Below are positions 38,025 to 47,133 of a stretch of 53,826 bases of DNA, one piece after another. Within the stretch, counting starts at the first letter, position 1; each line of letters starts with the position of its first letter. Source of the stretch: Prevotella sp. GTDB lineage: Bacteria > Bacteroidota > Bacteroidia > Bacteroidales > Bacteroidaceae. A program made the translations under genes and the position numbers. The DNA is taken from the NCBI GenBank assembly GCA_016291915.1, contig JAEEZP010000009.1, positions 1 to 53,826 of the forward strand, given 5' to 3'. Under the pieces are notes generated by a model. That model was not told the DNA's origin. It saw only the letters and a list, made by a program, of their open reading frames with translations, and did not search any database.

Positions 38025-38722
38025 TATTCTATGATTAACTGATACAGGTTTGTCAAGGTGCCGTGCGCCTCACCGTCGAAAGTCAGCGACTGTGGGAACT
38101 TGATGACCCGTTCACGTTTTTTGTGATGACAATAGAAATCTATCTGTTCACCCGATGCCACATTGCTGTAGATACGCAATTCGAGGTAGGTGATGTTGTT
38201 CAAGGTCCTGATGATACCCTGACCACGAACCTCTCCACCACACATCGCACTGATCTCCAGGTCATCGTTCAACTGTTCTCCTTCCACCTCCACATGGGCA
38301 TAGACCACCATGTCGTATTCATAATACTGGGGTTCCACCTGCCATGTCTTATAGACATTGATATAACAGGAGTCAGCAACTAATTCTGATACAGAGATCG
38401 CACGTATCAGGGCTGATCCATTGCCCACAGCGGTGATCAAACCATTCTCTACCACCGCTACTTCCGGATTGGACGACTCCCAATAGACACCCAGTCCGGT
38501 GATTGAATCGGGCGACCATACCGGGTAGAGAGAACAAGTATCACCAGCCATCATATACAGGTTGTTAGTGCTCAGATGCATCTGCACCGGCAGGATCACG
38601 TCGGGATTCTCGAACTCCAGTTCGAAAACCTCACCACAACTGGTCATCAGCAACAGGAGCATACAGGCCATGAGGTGTTTCAAACGTAGATACACCTTAT
38701 TAATAGTTATAGGATATCTCAT
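38024..38722 (-). CDS. Lipoprotein with Ig-like (Big_2) domain and a C-terminal G-E-V/C-R-G domain
   Basis: Lipobox LMTS-C; VYWESSNPEVAVVENGLITAVGNG; overlaps both neighbours (ATGA, TAATG). Confidence 0.75.
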   Translation of the reverse strand: MRYPITINKVYLRLKHLMACMLLLLMTSCGEVFELEFENPDVILPVQMHLSTNNLYMMAGDTCSLYPVWSPDSITGLGVYWESSNPEVAVVENGLITAVGNGSALIRAISVSELVADSCYINVYKTWQVEPQYYEYDMVVYAHVEVEGEQLNDDLEISAMCGGEVRGQGIIRTLNNITYLELRIYSNVASGEQIDFYCHHKKRERVIKFPQSLTFDGEAHGTLTNLYQLIIE

Positions 38723-39768
38723 TCTTCCACCTCCTTTCCTTCTTTCTCATCACTATCCCCGTCATCCTCCTTCGACCCACCGAAGAGCGGTTTCAGATTT
38801 GACTTGTCTTCCTCTTTCTTCAGTCGGAAGGTAAGCGGTTCACATTTTCCTTCATTCTCGATCATTACGAAGTTCTTCTCCAGATCACCATCACGGGCCT
38901 CAGCAGTTACCTGAGCGACATAATGACTCTCTGTGTCAAACATCGTACGCATGATAGGAGCAGGTATCCGACATGTGGGAACCAGCAGTCCGCCACGCTG
39001 GAAGACGATGGGGTTGTATGCCAGCGCATCCTCATGTGTCTGTCCTTCCATCAGTCTGACAATCTTGATTGAATACTTGTAACGTCTGATGGTATTGCAG
39101 TTCATAGCCGGCTCTGTCCATGTAAACTGTGGGTTGTCAGCATCCAGCAGGGCAATCTCGAAACGTCCGGGGAGCAGTCCTGCCGACGGATGCAGCAGAT
39201 AAGTAGGAGTAAGGAACTGCGGAGCCTGTGCCCGATAGCATATCTGGAACTGGCAGAAACCACTGTTCGGATTGTTTAACACATAAGGTGTTCTCAGCGA
39301 CGGGTCATAGCGGTAAGCCGTGATATGTCCCATATACGTTCCTTCCGGCAGTAATGCCATGATACCGTTCGTATAATCCGTCAGAACACCACCCGACAGC
39401 GATATCTCGTTGAGGAACAGATGTGCGAACATCTGTCGGGCCTCAGCACGGGTAAGGATCTTTGTCTGATTAGGATTCAGCGTCAGTGGATGCTGTGGGA
39501 AACGGTTAGCCGGTGTCTTCATACTCATCCGGTTGTCTGGAATCACCTGCTTGAGGTCGAGTCCCAGATAGATATTCTGCACCTTATTGGTGAGATTCGT
39601 GATGCGGATATTGAAGAACTTACTGGGGTTATCCAAGTACATCATAGCCTGCGGCGGGAGTACCGGCTGTGTGGGTGATACCGTTACGAGTATCTCCTGT
39701 GCAGATGCATGGTATGCTGCAAACAGCATAACCAATGACAATATCGTTTTCATTATTTTCTCTTTCAT
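38719..39768 (-). CDS. Secreted protein with TANFOR-like N-terminal domain, possibly truncated
   Basis: ASA-Q signal; ILVTVSP..VLPPQ..YLDNP; LPEGTY; PQFTWTEP; ends in an acidic linker-like tail. Confidence 0.55.
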   Translation of the reverse strand: MKEKIMKTILSLVMLFAAYHASAQEILVTVSPTQPVLPPQAMMYLDNPSKFFNIRITNLTNKVQNIYLGLDLKQVIPDNRMSMKTPANRFPQHPLTLNPNQTKILTRAEARQMFAHLFLNEISLSGGVLTDYTNGIMALLPEGTYMGHITAYRYDPSLRTPYVLNNPNSGFCQFQICYRAQAPQFLTPTYLLHPSAGLLPGRFEIALLDADNPQFTWTEPAMNCNTIRRYKYSIKIVRLMEGQTHEDALAYNPIVFQRGGLLVPTCRIPAPIMRTMFDTESHYVAQVTAEARDGDLEKNFVMIENEGKCEPLTFRLKKEEDKSNLKPLFGGSKEDDGDSDEKEGKEVEE

Positions 39769-39780
39769 GGCGATACTCGT

Positions 39781-41535
39781 TTAAAGGGTTTTGTTTTTCT
39801 TACTCATCTTCTTCTGCAGTTCTGCCAGCGAGAAAGTGTACGTATAGTTCAGACTGACGTTTACGTCCGATGCATTGAAATATTCTCCTTCCTCAGAGAT
39901 ATTCACATCATAGTATTTGTTCAGTCCGGCACCCAAAGAGAAGTTATGAACCTTGGCAACCACATAACCGATATTTAAGTCAGCACCGACAGAGGAGTTA
40001 CGCTTCTGTCCGGTAATGGAGTTATTCACGAAGTTGATGTTTGCCGATGCTGTCAGGTTATCGTTCTTCAGGAAGGCGCGCCCCGCACCTATCGACACCA
40101 TATCCGTGGTATAACGGGTACCGTAGCCTTTCGATGTCTGATGACTGAAAGAGGTAGAGAACACCGTCTCTATGGATTTCACCGTCAGGTCATAAGCCAG
40201 ACCGGCAGAGAGTGTTGTCACATCACTCTGTCCTTCCGAGAACTTATTCAGGTCTTTGTTCGAGGTGAAGCTTCCGGCAAACACCATGGAATGGTTCAGT
40301 GTCTCAGTATCTATCTCATACTGCGGTTTCACCGTGACGCTGTGCATGATACGGTCCACCTTCGTGGTGTCGTTCACCTTTAAAGTGCCGTCGCCCTGTA
40401 CCTGGCGATAACCGTTATAACCGACCGTCAGACTCAAATTCTCCACAATATTGGTAGATGCCTCTGCAGCATATACGAAAGCACGGGTGGTGTAGATCTG
40501 ATCATTCGTCAGGTTGTCTTCCTGAGCTGAGATCTGTCCGGTCAGTGATATCTTATTGAATAATGCAGTAGCCATCGACAATCCCACACTCTGATAGTTG
40601 TTCGACAGGTTCATCACACCCAGACTCTTATAATCCGGCTGTACCATGCGGTAGAACAACATCGCATTGAGGTTGTTGAACGTAAAGTTGGCACTTACAT
40701 CACCGGCAAAGCGCATCAGTGAACTGTACTTCGCATCGAAGATATCATCATACTTCGAGATACTCTCCACCTCAATCTTCTGGGCATCCAGATCGGTAGA
40801 GAAAGCAGAGGTAGCAGCATTAGCTGAGAAGCTCAGCCATTTGGTAGCGGTCACGACAGCACGGATACCGGCCACGAGATTCTCCTGGGGATCCACATAC
40901 TCTCGCCATTCATCACGCAACGAACTGTGTTTGTCACGAGCCTTGAACAGATAAAGCTCCACGTAGTTCCTATCCGACCCATAACCGGCTTTCAAACCCC
41001 ATCCGATACGTTTGTATTGCGGATAGCGGGGTTCTCCACTGTAAGGATCATCGTTGATGGCTCTGTTCAGCACCCCGTAGAAGGCTCCGAAACGGAATCC
41101 CTTCTGCTGTTGATACTGTAATCCGACACCCTCGAACGACATGTCAAAGGTATAGTCGTTGAAAGGCATCACGCTCTGTCCGATATATCCCGTCCAGTCT
41201 TTATACTGTGGATTCAGGCTGAATAAGAAATGCGGATGACTGAAGCTCTTGTCACGATTGGCATAATACAATGTGAACGGCATGGTCAGTCCGCGTAGTT
41301 GCATCTTCATCTTAGCTGTCAGGGTATTGCTCATCGGTGAAGCATAGCCGTCGCCTACCGATGAGTGGTAGTAGGTGTTCTGCGAGGCAATGGCACCCGT
41401 CATGATCAACGGATTACTGTGTGCCAAGTCGGACACTTCCTGTGCAAGCACCACTCCCCCTAACCCTCTCCCGGTAAGGAGAGGAATAAGGGTTAGCCCA
41501 ACTACGATGATTCTTTTATAATATTGTTTCACCAT
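39781..41535 (-). CDS. Large outer membrane beta-barrel protein of unknown function
   Basis: VLA-Q signal; many amphipathic strands (YRMVQPDYKSLG; VSLNYTYTF near the end); no obvious plug or TonB box. Confidence 0.65.
   Translation of the reverse strand: MVKQYYKRIIVVGLTLIPLLTGRGLGGVVLAQEVSDLAHSNPLIMTGAIASQNTYYHSSVGDGYASPMSNTLTAKMKMQLRGLTMPFTLYYANRDKSFSHPHFLFSLNPQYKDWTGYIGQSVMPFNDYTFDMSFEGVGLQYQQQKGFRFGAFYGVLNRAINDDPYSGEPRYPQYKRIGWGLKAGYGSDRNYVELYLFKARDKHSSLRDEWREYVDPQENLVAGIRAVVTATKWLSFSANAATSAFSTDLDAQKIEVESISKYDDIFDAKYSSLMRFAGDVSANFTFNNLNAMLFYRMVQPDYKSLGVMNLSNNYQSVGLSMATALFNKISLTGQISAQEDNLTNDQIYTTRAFVYAAEASTNIVENLSLTVGYNGYRQVQGDGTLKVNDTTKVDRIMHSVTVKPQYEIDTETLNHSMVFAGSFTSNKDLNKFSEGQSDVTTLSAGLAYDLTVKSIETVFSTSFSHQTSKGYGTRYTTDMVSIGAGRAFLKNDNLTASANINFVNNSITGQKRNSSVGADLNIGYVVAKVHNFSLGAGLNKYYDVNISEEGEYFNASDVNVSLNYTYTFSLAELQKKMSKKNKTL
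41451..41490 (-). repeat. GC-rich palindromic repeat embedded in the signal-peptide coding region
   Basis: CCTCTC-ccggtaag-GAGAGG hairpin plus CCCCCTAACCC, encoding LIPLLTGRGLGGV. Confidence 0.55.
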
Positions 41536-41577
41536 AAGTTGAATGGTTTTGCCTAGTTCGTACTAAGCACGTTAATA

Positions 41578-44445
41578 CTATTTTGTTGTCTTGACAGTCT
41601 TGCCGTCAGGCATGCGAACGATACGCACACCCTTCTGTGGAGTATTGGCAGGCATCTCCACACCTCTGAGGTTCCAACTCTTGGCACCCTTCAGGAACTC
41701 TGCACGGAGATTGTCGATACCGGTAGCACCACTGTTGATGTTCAACATGAATGGATTATCCATACTACCCACATTCTGTTGCAGTGCGATGCTCTCAGCG
41801 ATACGGAAAGCATCTCCTGTAGCCTCGTTGCGAGCGATGAAGTTAACCAGTTCACCGGCATTTCCGTGTACGGTGATGAACAACAGACCGTCAACGAAAG
41901 TACCTTCTCCACGGCACTCATCACCGACATAGGCTCCTACAGTATAATCCTGCAGGTTCTCTACACCGGCAATCTTAGCTACCATACTCAGGTTGCCGTC
42001 AAACTCAGAATCGTCGTAAGTCCATGTAGAGCGCTTTGCTCCTGCTGTAGCATTCTGCTGTGGCAACGTACTCTCAGCAACATAGTTGAAGCTTCCTGTA
42101 CCATTGGTAAAGAGCAGGTAACCCTCTCCGCCACGTAACAGACTGAGCGTACCGGTCCATCTGCCACCGGAATATTCTGCGAAGCCGTCATTCTTCGAAA
42201 CGATACGGTCGCCATTGCTGAAGTTGCCTGTCAGCACGTCGGATAGACGACGGTCGTAGAAATAAGGATTGGCTATCCAATTCCATCCCTGCCTGAGCGA
42301 TACCGAACCACCATCCAGGTTCACCTCACAGTCAGACAATGTCGCAGTGAACTCTTCGGCCATCTTCACCTTGTAGCACTCACTCTTATTCAGACCACTC
42401 TCATAAAGAGTTCCGAAAGGCCCATATTGAGAATCGTAATAAAGCAGTTTGTCCTGAGAACGTATCTCTGTCAGGCTTTCTCCTCCGAACACATCCGTGA
42501 TAAACTCTGTACCAACCGTTGTATAAGGCAGAGAGATCCACTGCCAACCAGTTGTGAAGGGGAACGGCATCATTACCTCCATCTCTTCCTCAGCCAATGG
42601 TTCTCCATCATAGCTGACAGTGACAAGAGCCTTACCCGGTAATGCCGGCGTAATACTGAAGGTCTTGCCATCACCCTGACTGGTAACATCAGCGAAGGTC
42701 CAGCCTCGTGGCAATGATCCTGATGTAGTCACCGTGACAGTGACCTTATCCGCATCGATAGCGGCATCCTCGGGAATTGGTGTGACGGTGATAGCAGATG
42801 ACTCACCGCGCTTAGCTTCATCTATCTGGATTGTGAAACCTTCAAGTCCCTGAATAGCATTGATGGTAAACTCCCCATATGCAGAAGCATTAGGATACTC
42901 CGGTCTGTAGTCAGCACGTTGTCCGTTATAATCTGTGTATGTCACGGTTACAGTAATGTAAGAGGTTCCTGCTTGCTTTACTTTAGCCTCTACATTGATG
43001 CCGTTATCAGAAATCCAACTGCCTTCCATACTGACGGTATTGGTATCAGTGGAATTGATGTAACCGCTTTCTATGCTTTCATAACCCTCCGGTCCGATTT
43101 CAAAATTCTGTCTGACAATATCGGAGATATCCAAGACACCTGAGATATACTCTACGTTGATCTCCTGACTTTTAACAGTGACCGACCTTGCGGGATTAAA
43201 CACCTGAACAGGTATTTCATATAATACATCAGGATTATCGACAGAGGTGACAACCAATGTGGTACCACCAGACTTGAGCGCTGTCATGGTGGTGCCTTCG
43301 ACACTGACAACTCTTGAATCATCAGAACTCCATGTCACCTCCTTATTAGTGGCATCATCTGGAAGAACCTTCACGATAGGTGTGACACGGGGACCTATAT
43401 CATCACCCACGTTAGCAAACACAGCATCAACAGGGTATTCCAGTTCGATACTCTCTACAGGAACCACCACCTTGACATTGAGAACCGCACTCAGACGAAC
43501 GTTTCCTTCTTCGTCCATGATACGTGCTGTCATCGTGGTTTCTCCACCGGCGATAGGAATGTACATCAATGCATCACTGGTAGCAGATTCCCCAGTAGTG
43601 ATGATCGTCTGATCACCAATCACCCACTTCAACTCATCGCTGTAATTCTCGGGCTCAATGATCAGACAGTCGTTGATAATTCTTGTCAGTTCTTCCGCAT
43701 CATTCTTAAAGACCGTCACGCCATCCTTATACTCATCCTTGATGGCCATACTGGTGGCAGGGTTGGTGATAATGAGCGTTGTGAATGTAATAACCTCACC
43801 ACTACCACTGGGTTCCATCAATTTTATGGTTATACCACCTGTCACTTCCAGTGCCGTGAGCACATCGTTATCATCGATGCTTGCCTCCGTGGGAGCCGCA
43901 TCTTGAGCTTGTTCTCCAATCACCCAAGGAAGTTTTCCTTCCGGCAATGATGCGCCCTCCGGATAGACGGTGAGAAGTTCACGCAGATTGACGGTGTCTC
44001 CCACCTTCATTTTAATAACCTTTGGTAATTCCATTTCGACAGCAGCGTCAAGCGACATTTGGAAAAGATTACTGAGCTCTCCTATCGTTCCATCTGAAGC
44101 CCATGTAACAGTTGACTGTGGTGCCAGCGGATACGCTGTCTTGGTTTCATTAACATATACCTTAAAGGTAATCTCCTTACCCGTATCCTGCTCAATGTCT
44201 CCCCACACACGAATAGGGAAATAAGAATAACCGGTAGTTGCATCTTCAGTAAAACGCGCAATTCCACGGCACTCATCACCGATAAATGCTCCAATCCGGT
44301 AGGTACTCTGATCATAATCCAGATTGGAATTCAATGTCGCATAGATCACGTAAGAGTCGTGATAGTTATCAGTATTCGTGCTCCATTGTGCCTTGATGCC
44401 GAGTGAAGACATCAACAGAAATAAAAGAATGTAGTACTTTTTCAT
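41578..44445 (-). CDS. T9SS-secreted multidomain surface protein (Ig-like repeats, two GDECRG domains)
   Basis: IKA-Q signal; Big_2-like PDDATNKEVTWSSDD; two GW(Q/N)WI repeats; C-terminal ATGIDN..WNLRG..KGVRIVRMPDGKTVK type-A CTD. Confidence 0.8.
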   Translation of the reverse strand: MKKYYILLFLLMSSLGIKAQWSTNTDNYHDSYVIYATLNSNLDYDQSTYRIGAFIGDECRGIARFTEDATTGYSYFPIRVWGDIEQDTGKEITFKVYVNETKTAYPLAPQSTVTWASDGTIGELSNLFQMSLDAAVEMELPKVIKMKVGDTVNLRELLTVYPEGASLPEGKLPWVIGEQAQDAAPTEASIDDNDVLTALEVTGGITIKLMEPSGSGEVITFTTLIITNPATSMAIKDEYKDGVTVFKNDAEELTRIINDCLIIEPENYSDELKWVIGDQTIITTGESATSDALMYIPIAGGETTMTARIMDEEGNVRLSAVLNVKVVVPVESIELEYPVDAVFANVGDDIGPRVTPIVKVLPDDATNKEVTWSSDDSRVVSVEGTTMTALKSGGTTLVVTSVDNPDVLYEIPVQVFNPARSVTVKSQEINVEYISGVLDISDIVRQNFEIGPEGYESIESGYINSTDTNTVSMEGSWISDNGINVEAKVKQAGTSYITVTVTYTDYNGQRADYRPEYPNASAYGEFTINAIQGLEGFTIQIDEAKRGESSAITVTPIPEDAAIDADKVTVTVTTSGSLPRGWTFADVTSQGDGKTFSITPALPGKALVTVSYDGEPLAEEEMEVMMPFPFTTGWQWISLPYTTVGTEFITDVFGGESLTEIRSQDKLLYYDSQYGPFGTLYESGLNKSECYKVKMAEEFTATLSDCEVNLDGGSVSLRQGWNWIANPYFYDRRLSDVLTGNFSNGDRIVSKNDGFAEYSGGRWTGTLSLLRGGEGYLLFTNGTGSFNYVAESTLPQQNATAGAKRSTWTYDDSEFDGNLSMVAKIAGVENLQDYTVGAYVGDECRGEGTFVDGLLFITVHGNAGELVNFIARNEATGDAFRIAESIALQQNVGSMDNPFMLNINSGATGIDNLRAEFLKGAKSWNLRGVEMPANTPQKGVRIVRMPDGKTVKTTK

Positions 44446-44508
44446 ACGCTATATGTATTGATTATAGTTACAAAATGATTGATTCCTCAAATTTGGTCAT
44501 ATTATCCA

Positions 44509-44516
44509 CAAATATA
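44509..44516 (-). promoter_or_regulatory. -7 promoter element of the adhesin/GT2 operon
   Basis: CAAATATA = TATATTTG on the - strand. Confidence 0.6.
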
Positions 44517-44632
44517 GCAAATAATAGAATACAATCAAAACTTTTCTCTTAATATTTTTAATATTTAACACACACACGTTAAAAAAAATGCAATAATATA
44601 CGCAACACTCATATTTTTGGATTTATAGTGTG

Positions 44633-44654
44633 AGTTACCGAGTTACCAGTTACC
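44633..44654. repeat. AGTTACC x3
   Basis: 44633-39, 44641-47, 44648-54. Confidence 0.7.
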
Positions 44655-44704
44655 ATTTTTTCCCTTCTCTTCTATGACAGATTCGTGCAGTCTTTATTAA
44701 TAAA

Positions 44705-44798
44705 AGTCGACTAATTGATACTTGATTAGTTGACTAATTGATACTTGATTAGTTGACTTTTGAGTACTAATAGTCGACTAATCGGTACCCAATTAGTC
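44705..44798. repeat. 21-23 bp tandem repeats with palindromic AGT(C/T)GACT cores
   Basis: AGTCGACTAATTGATACTTGATT / AGTTGACTAATTGATACTTGATT / AGTTGACTTTTGAGTACTAAT / AGTCGACTAATCGGTACCCAATT. Confidence 0.8.
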
Positions 44799-44898
44799 TG
44801 GTACTGGTAATTAAAAGTCGGGAAGGTGATACCATCGGACTGAAAGAAAGGGTTTAACGGAGTGAATTCGTAGCTGTTTTTGCAATTATATTTCACCA

Positions 44899-44932
44899 TT
44901 TGCCATTTTTTCATAAAAAATATTTACTTTTG
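44899..44932 (+). promoter_or_regulatory. -33/-7 promoter
   Basis: TTTG (44899-902) and TACTTTTG (44925-32), 21 nt before ATG 44954. Confidence 0.6.
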
Positions 44933-44953
44933 AAGGCAGAAAAAAGGAAGACT

Positions 44954-45172
44954 ATGAATGAACTGTTAACCCAAGTCAATGGTATCCTCTGGGGATATAT
45001 CCTGATAGCTACACTGATAGCCTGCAACCTGGTGGCTATCATCGTCTTAGGGAAATATGCCTTCCGGCTACTGGATGACTATAGACAACAGAAGCGCCGT
45101 GGTATCAAAGAACCCACTTTCCACCGTAGTCAGCTACCGGAAATAGAGAAAGACGTGGAGTGTTGGGATTAA
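44954..45172 (+). pseudogene. Internally deleted alanine/glycine:cation symporter (AGCS/AlsT family), 72-aa remnant
   Basis: N-terminus MNELLTQVNGILWGYILI fused in frame to the C-terminus CNLVAIIVLGKYAFRLLDDYRQQKRRGIKEPTF..ECW; CTGATAGC occurs twice at the junction. Confidence 0.75.
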
Positions 45173-45175
45173 ACA

Positions 45176-47020
45176 TTATCCATTCACATCCCTATGCTGC
45201 ATCGTGCTGGCTATCTTGTCAGCATTCATACTACGTGCACTGGCATCAAAGATATCCTTATAGACACCTCCCTGACGATACACCTCCGAAGGCTCACCAC
45301 TCTGTACTACCCTACCCTCCTGCAACACATAAATCTGTTCTGCATCGATAATCTGTCCGATATTATGTGAGATAATGATAACCGTACGGCCAGCCTTGAT
45401 GGCATCTATGCTCGCCTTGATCTGTTCGGTGGCAATGGCATCCAGACTGGCAGTGGGTTCGTCAAGGAAGATAATGGGTGGGTTCTTGATGAACATACGG
45501 GCGATGGCGATACGTTGCTGCTGACCGCCGGAGAGCTGCAGGGCAAGGGTATTGAAGTCGTTTGGTAATGCCATGATCTGATCATAGATATATGCTTGTC
45601 GGGCGGCACGCACCACATCCTCATGGGTTGCCTGGGGATTACCGTATTTGATATTCTCCTCTATCGTGCCATCGAAGATATGATTCTTCTGTAATACTAA
45701 TCCTACATGCTCACGCAGCCACTGGGTATCCCAGTCGGCTAAATCCACACCATCGAGTTTGATATATCCCCGTTGTGGATGGTAGAACTTATCCAGCAGG
45801 TTCACCACCGTACTCTTACCGGCTCCACTCAATCCCACAAGGGCAGTGATCTTTCCGGCAGGGATATGCATCGACACATCAAAAAGGGCTTGTGTGCCAT
45901 TGGAATAGGTGAAGTCGACATTTTGTAATTCGAAATCTCCCTTGACAGTCTCGGGACGGTATTTCCCACTATCCTCCACCTCTCCGTCGGCATGCAGGAT
46001 TCCGAAGAATCCCTCTGCATAGATCAACGCATCGTTCATATCATCGTAGATACGATGCAACTGTCGGATGGGGGCACTCACATTGGCAAACAGCATCACA
46101 TGATACATGATCTTTCCAATGGTCATCCCCGGGTATTCGATCAAGACAAGATAAGCCGTAAGGATGATGATCAGCACAGTACCTATTTGCTCCAGAAAAC
46201 TCTTCAGTCCGTTGAAGAAATAACTCTGTTTGCGGGTGGACAACTGTAAGTCGGTCATATTTCGTTGTAACTCTGCCTGTCGGTTGGCTTCTATCTCCTC
46301 CCGGTTGAAGGATTTAATAACCGTAATACTCTCGATGATGTTCAGGATGCCCTGACTGACAGCCTGATGCCCGCCGAAGATGCCACGTCGCCCACCTTTC
46401 ATACGCTGGGCCTGCAGGTAGGTGACATAGAAATAGACGGGAACGATACAGAGTGCCACAATACCTACATAGACATTCGCCATGAACATCAGCACTAAGG
46501 CTAAGATAGCACTGGTGAACAGCGGGAGAATCTCTATGAAGAAATTGTTCACCGTATTGGAAAGACTCATGATACCACGGTCGATACGCGACTGCAGCTT
46601 ACCCGTCTCATTACCTTCCTGGGTAAAAAATGCCATGCGGAAGGAGAGCATCCGCTCGACAACGGCCAGCGACAAGTCACGACTGACTAAGATACGCATG
46701 CGCTCACCGTAATATCTTTGGAAGAAAGTGACGAAAGCACCTATCACCTCCTTTCCTAAGAGGATGATGCTGATAGTGGTGAGGATCTTCACAGCACTGC
46801 TCCACAAGAACGGAGACTCCTGTATCAAGGCATTGATAGCATCGACGGCCCGGTCGAGCACCACGGCATTCACCTGTGCCATCAGTGAACTTACCACCGT
46901 AAAGATCAACGTGATACCGATCAGCCATTTGTAAGGAAGTACAAACGGCCATATATTCTTCAGCAAGTCCCAGATATTCATCTTGGCGGCTGTATTCGCA
47001 TTTTTCTGTTCTGTTTTCAA
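45176..47020 (-). CDS. ABC exporter, fused TMD-NBD (MsbA/Sav1866-like)
   Basis: TM domain; GLSGAGKST, LSGGQQQR, FLDEPTASLD, ISH; start may be ATG near 46981. Confidence 0.92.
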   Translation of the reverse strand: MKTEQKNANTAAKMNIWDLLKNIWPFVLPYKWLIGITLIFTVVSSLMAQVNAVVLDRAVDAINALIQESPFLWSSAVKILTTISIILLGKEVIGAFVTFFQRYYGERMRILVSRDLSLAVVERMLSFRMAFFTQEGNETGKLQSRIDRGIMSLSNTVNNFFIEILPLFTSAILALVLMFMANVYVGIVALCIVPVYFYVTYLQAQRMKGGRRGIFGGHQAVSQGILNIIESITVIKSFNREEIEANRQAELQRNMTDLQLSTRKQSYFFNGLKSFLEQIGTVLIIILTAYLVLIEYPGMTIGKIMYHVMLFANVSAPIRQLHRIYDDMNDALIYAEGFFGILHADGEVEDSGKYRPETVKGDFELQNVDFTYSNGTQALFDVSMHIPAGKITALVGLSGAGKSTVVNLLDKFYHPQRGYIKLDGVDLADWDTQWLREHVGLVLQKNHIFDGTIEENIKYGNPQATHEDVVRAARQAYIYDQIMALPNDFNTLALQLSGGQQQRIAIARMFIKNPPIIFLDEPTASLDAIATEQIKASIDAIKAGRTVIIISHNIGQIIDAEQIYVLQEGRVVQSGEPSEVYRQGGVYKDIFDASARSMNADKIASTMQHRDVNG

Positions 47021-47063
47021 GAGATGCAGTTATTATAAATGGTAATCAATACTATTATCTCTG

Positions 47064-47071
47064 CAAATGTA
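47064..47071 (-). promoter_or_regulatory. -7 promoter element
   Basis: CAAATGTA = TACATTTG(CA) on the - strand. Confidence 0.65.
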
Positions 47072-47133
47072 ATAATATTTCTGCAAACAACAAAATAAAC
47101 ACGACAATACCACCTTTTCCTGAAAAGAGAAGA

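Noticed and set aside
44705-44798. Possible CRISPR array
   Set aside because: Repeats abut with no unique spacers, and there are no cas genes in the window
44820-44953. Glycine riboswitch upstream of the symporter remnant
   Set aside because: The -7 box lies only 21 nt from the ATG, leaving no room, and no aptamer motifs were recognised
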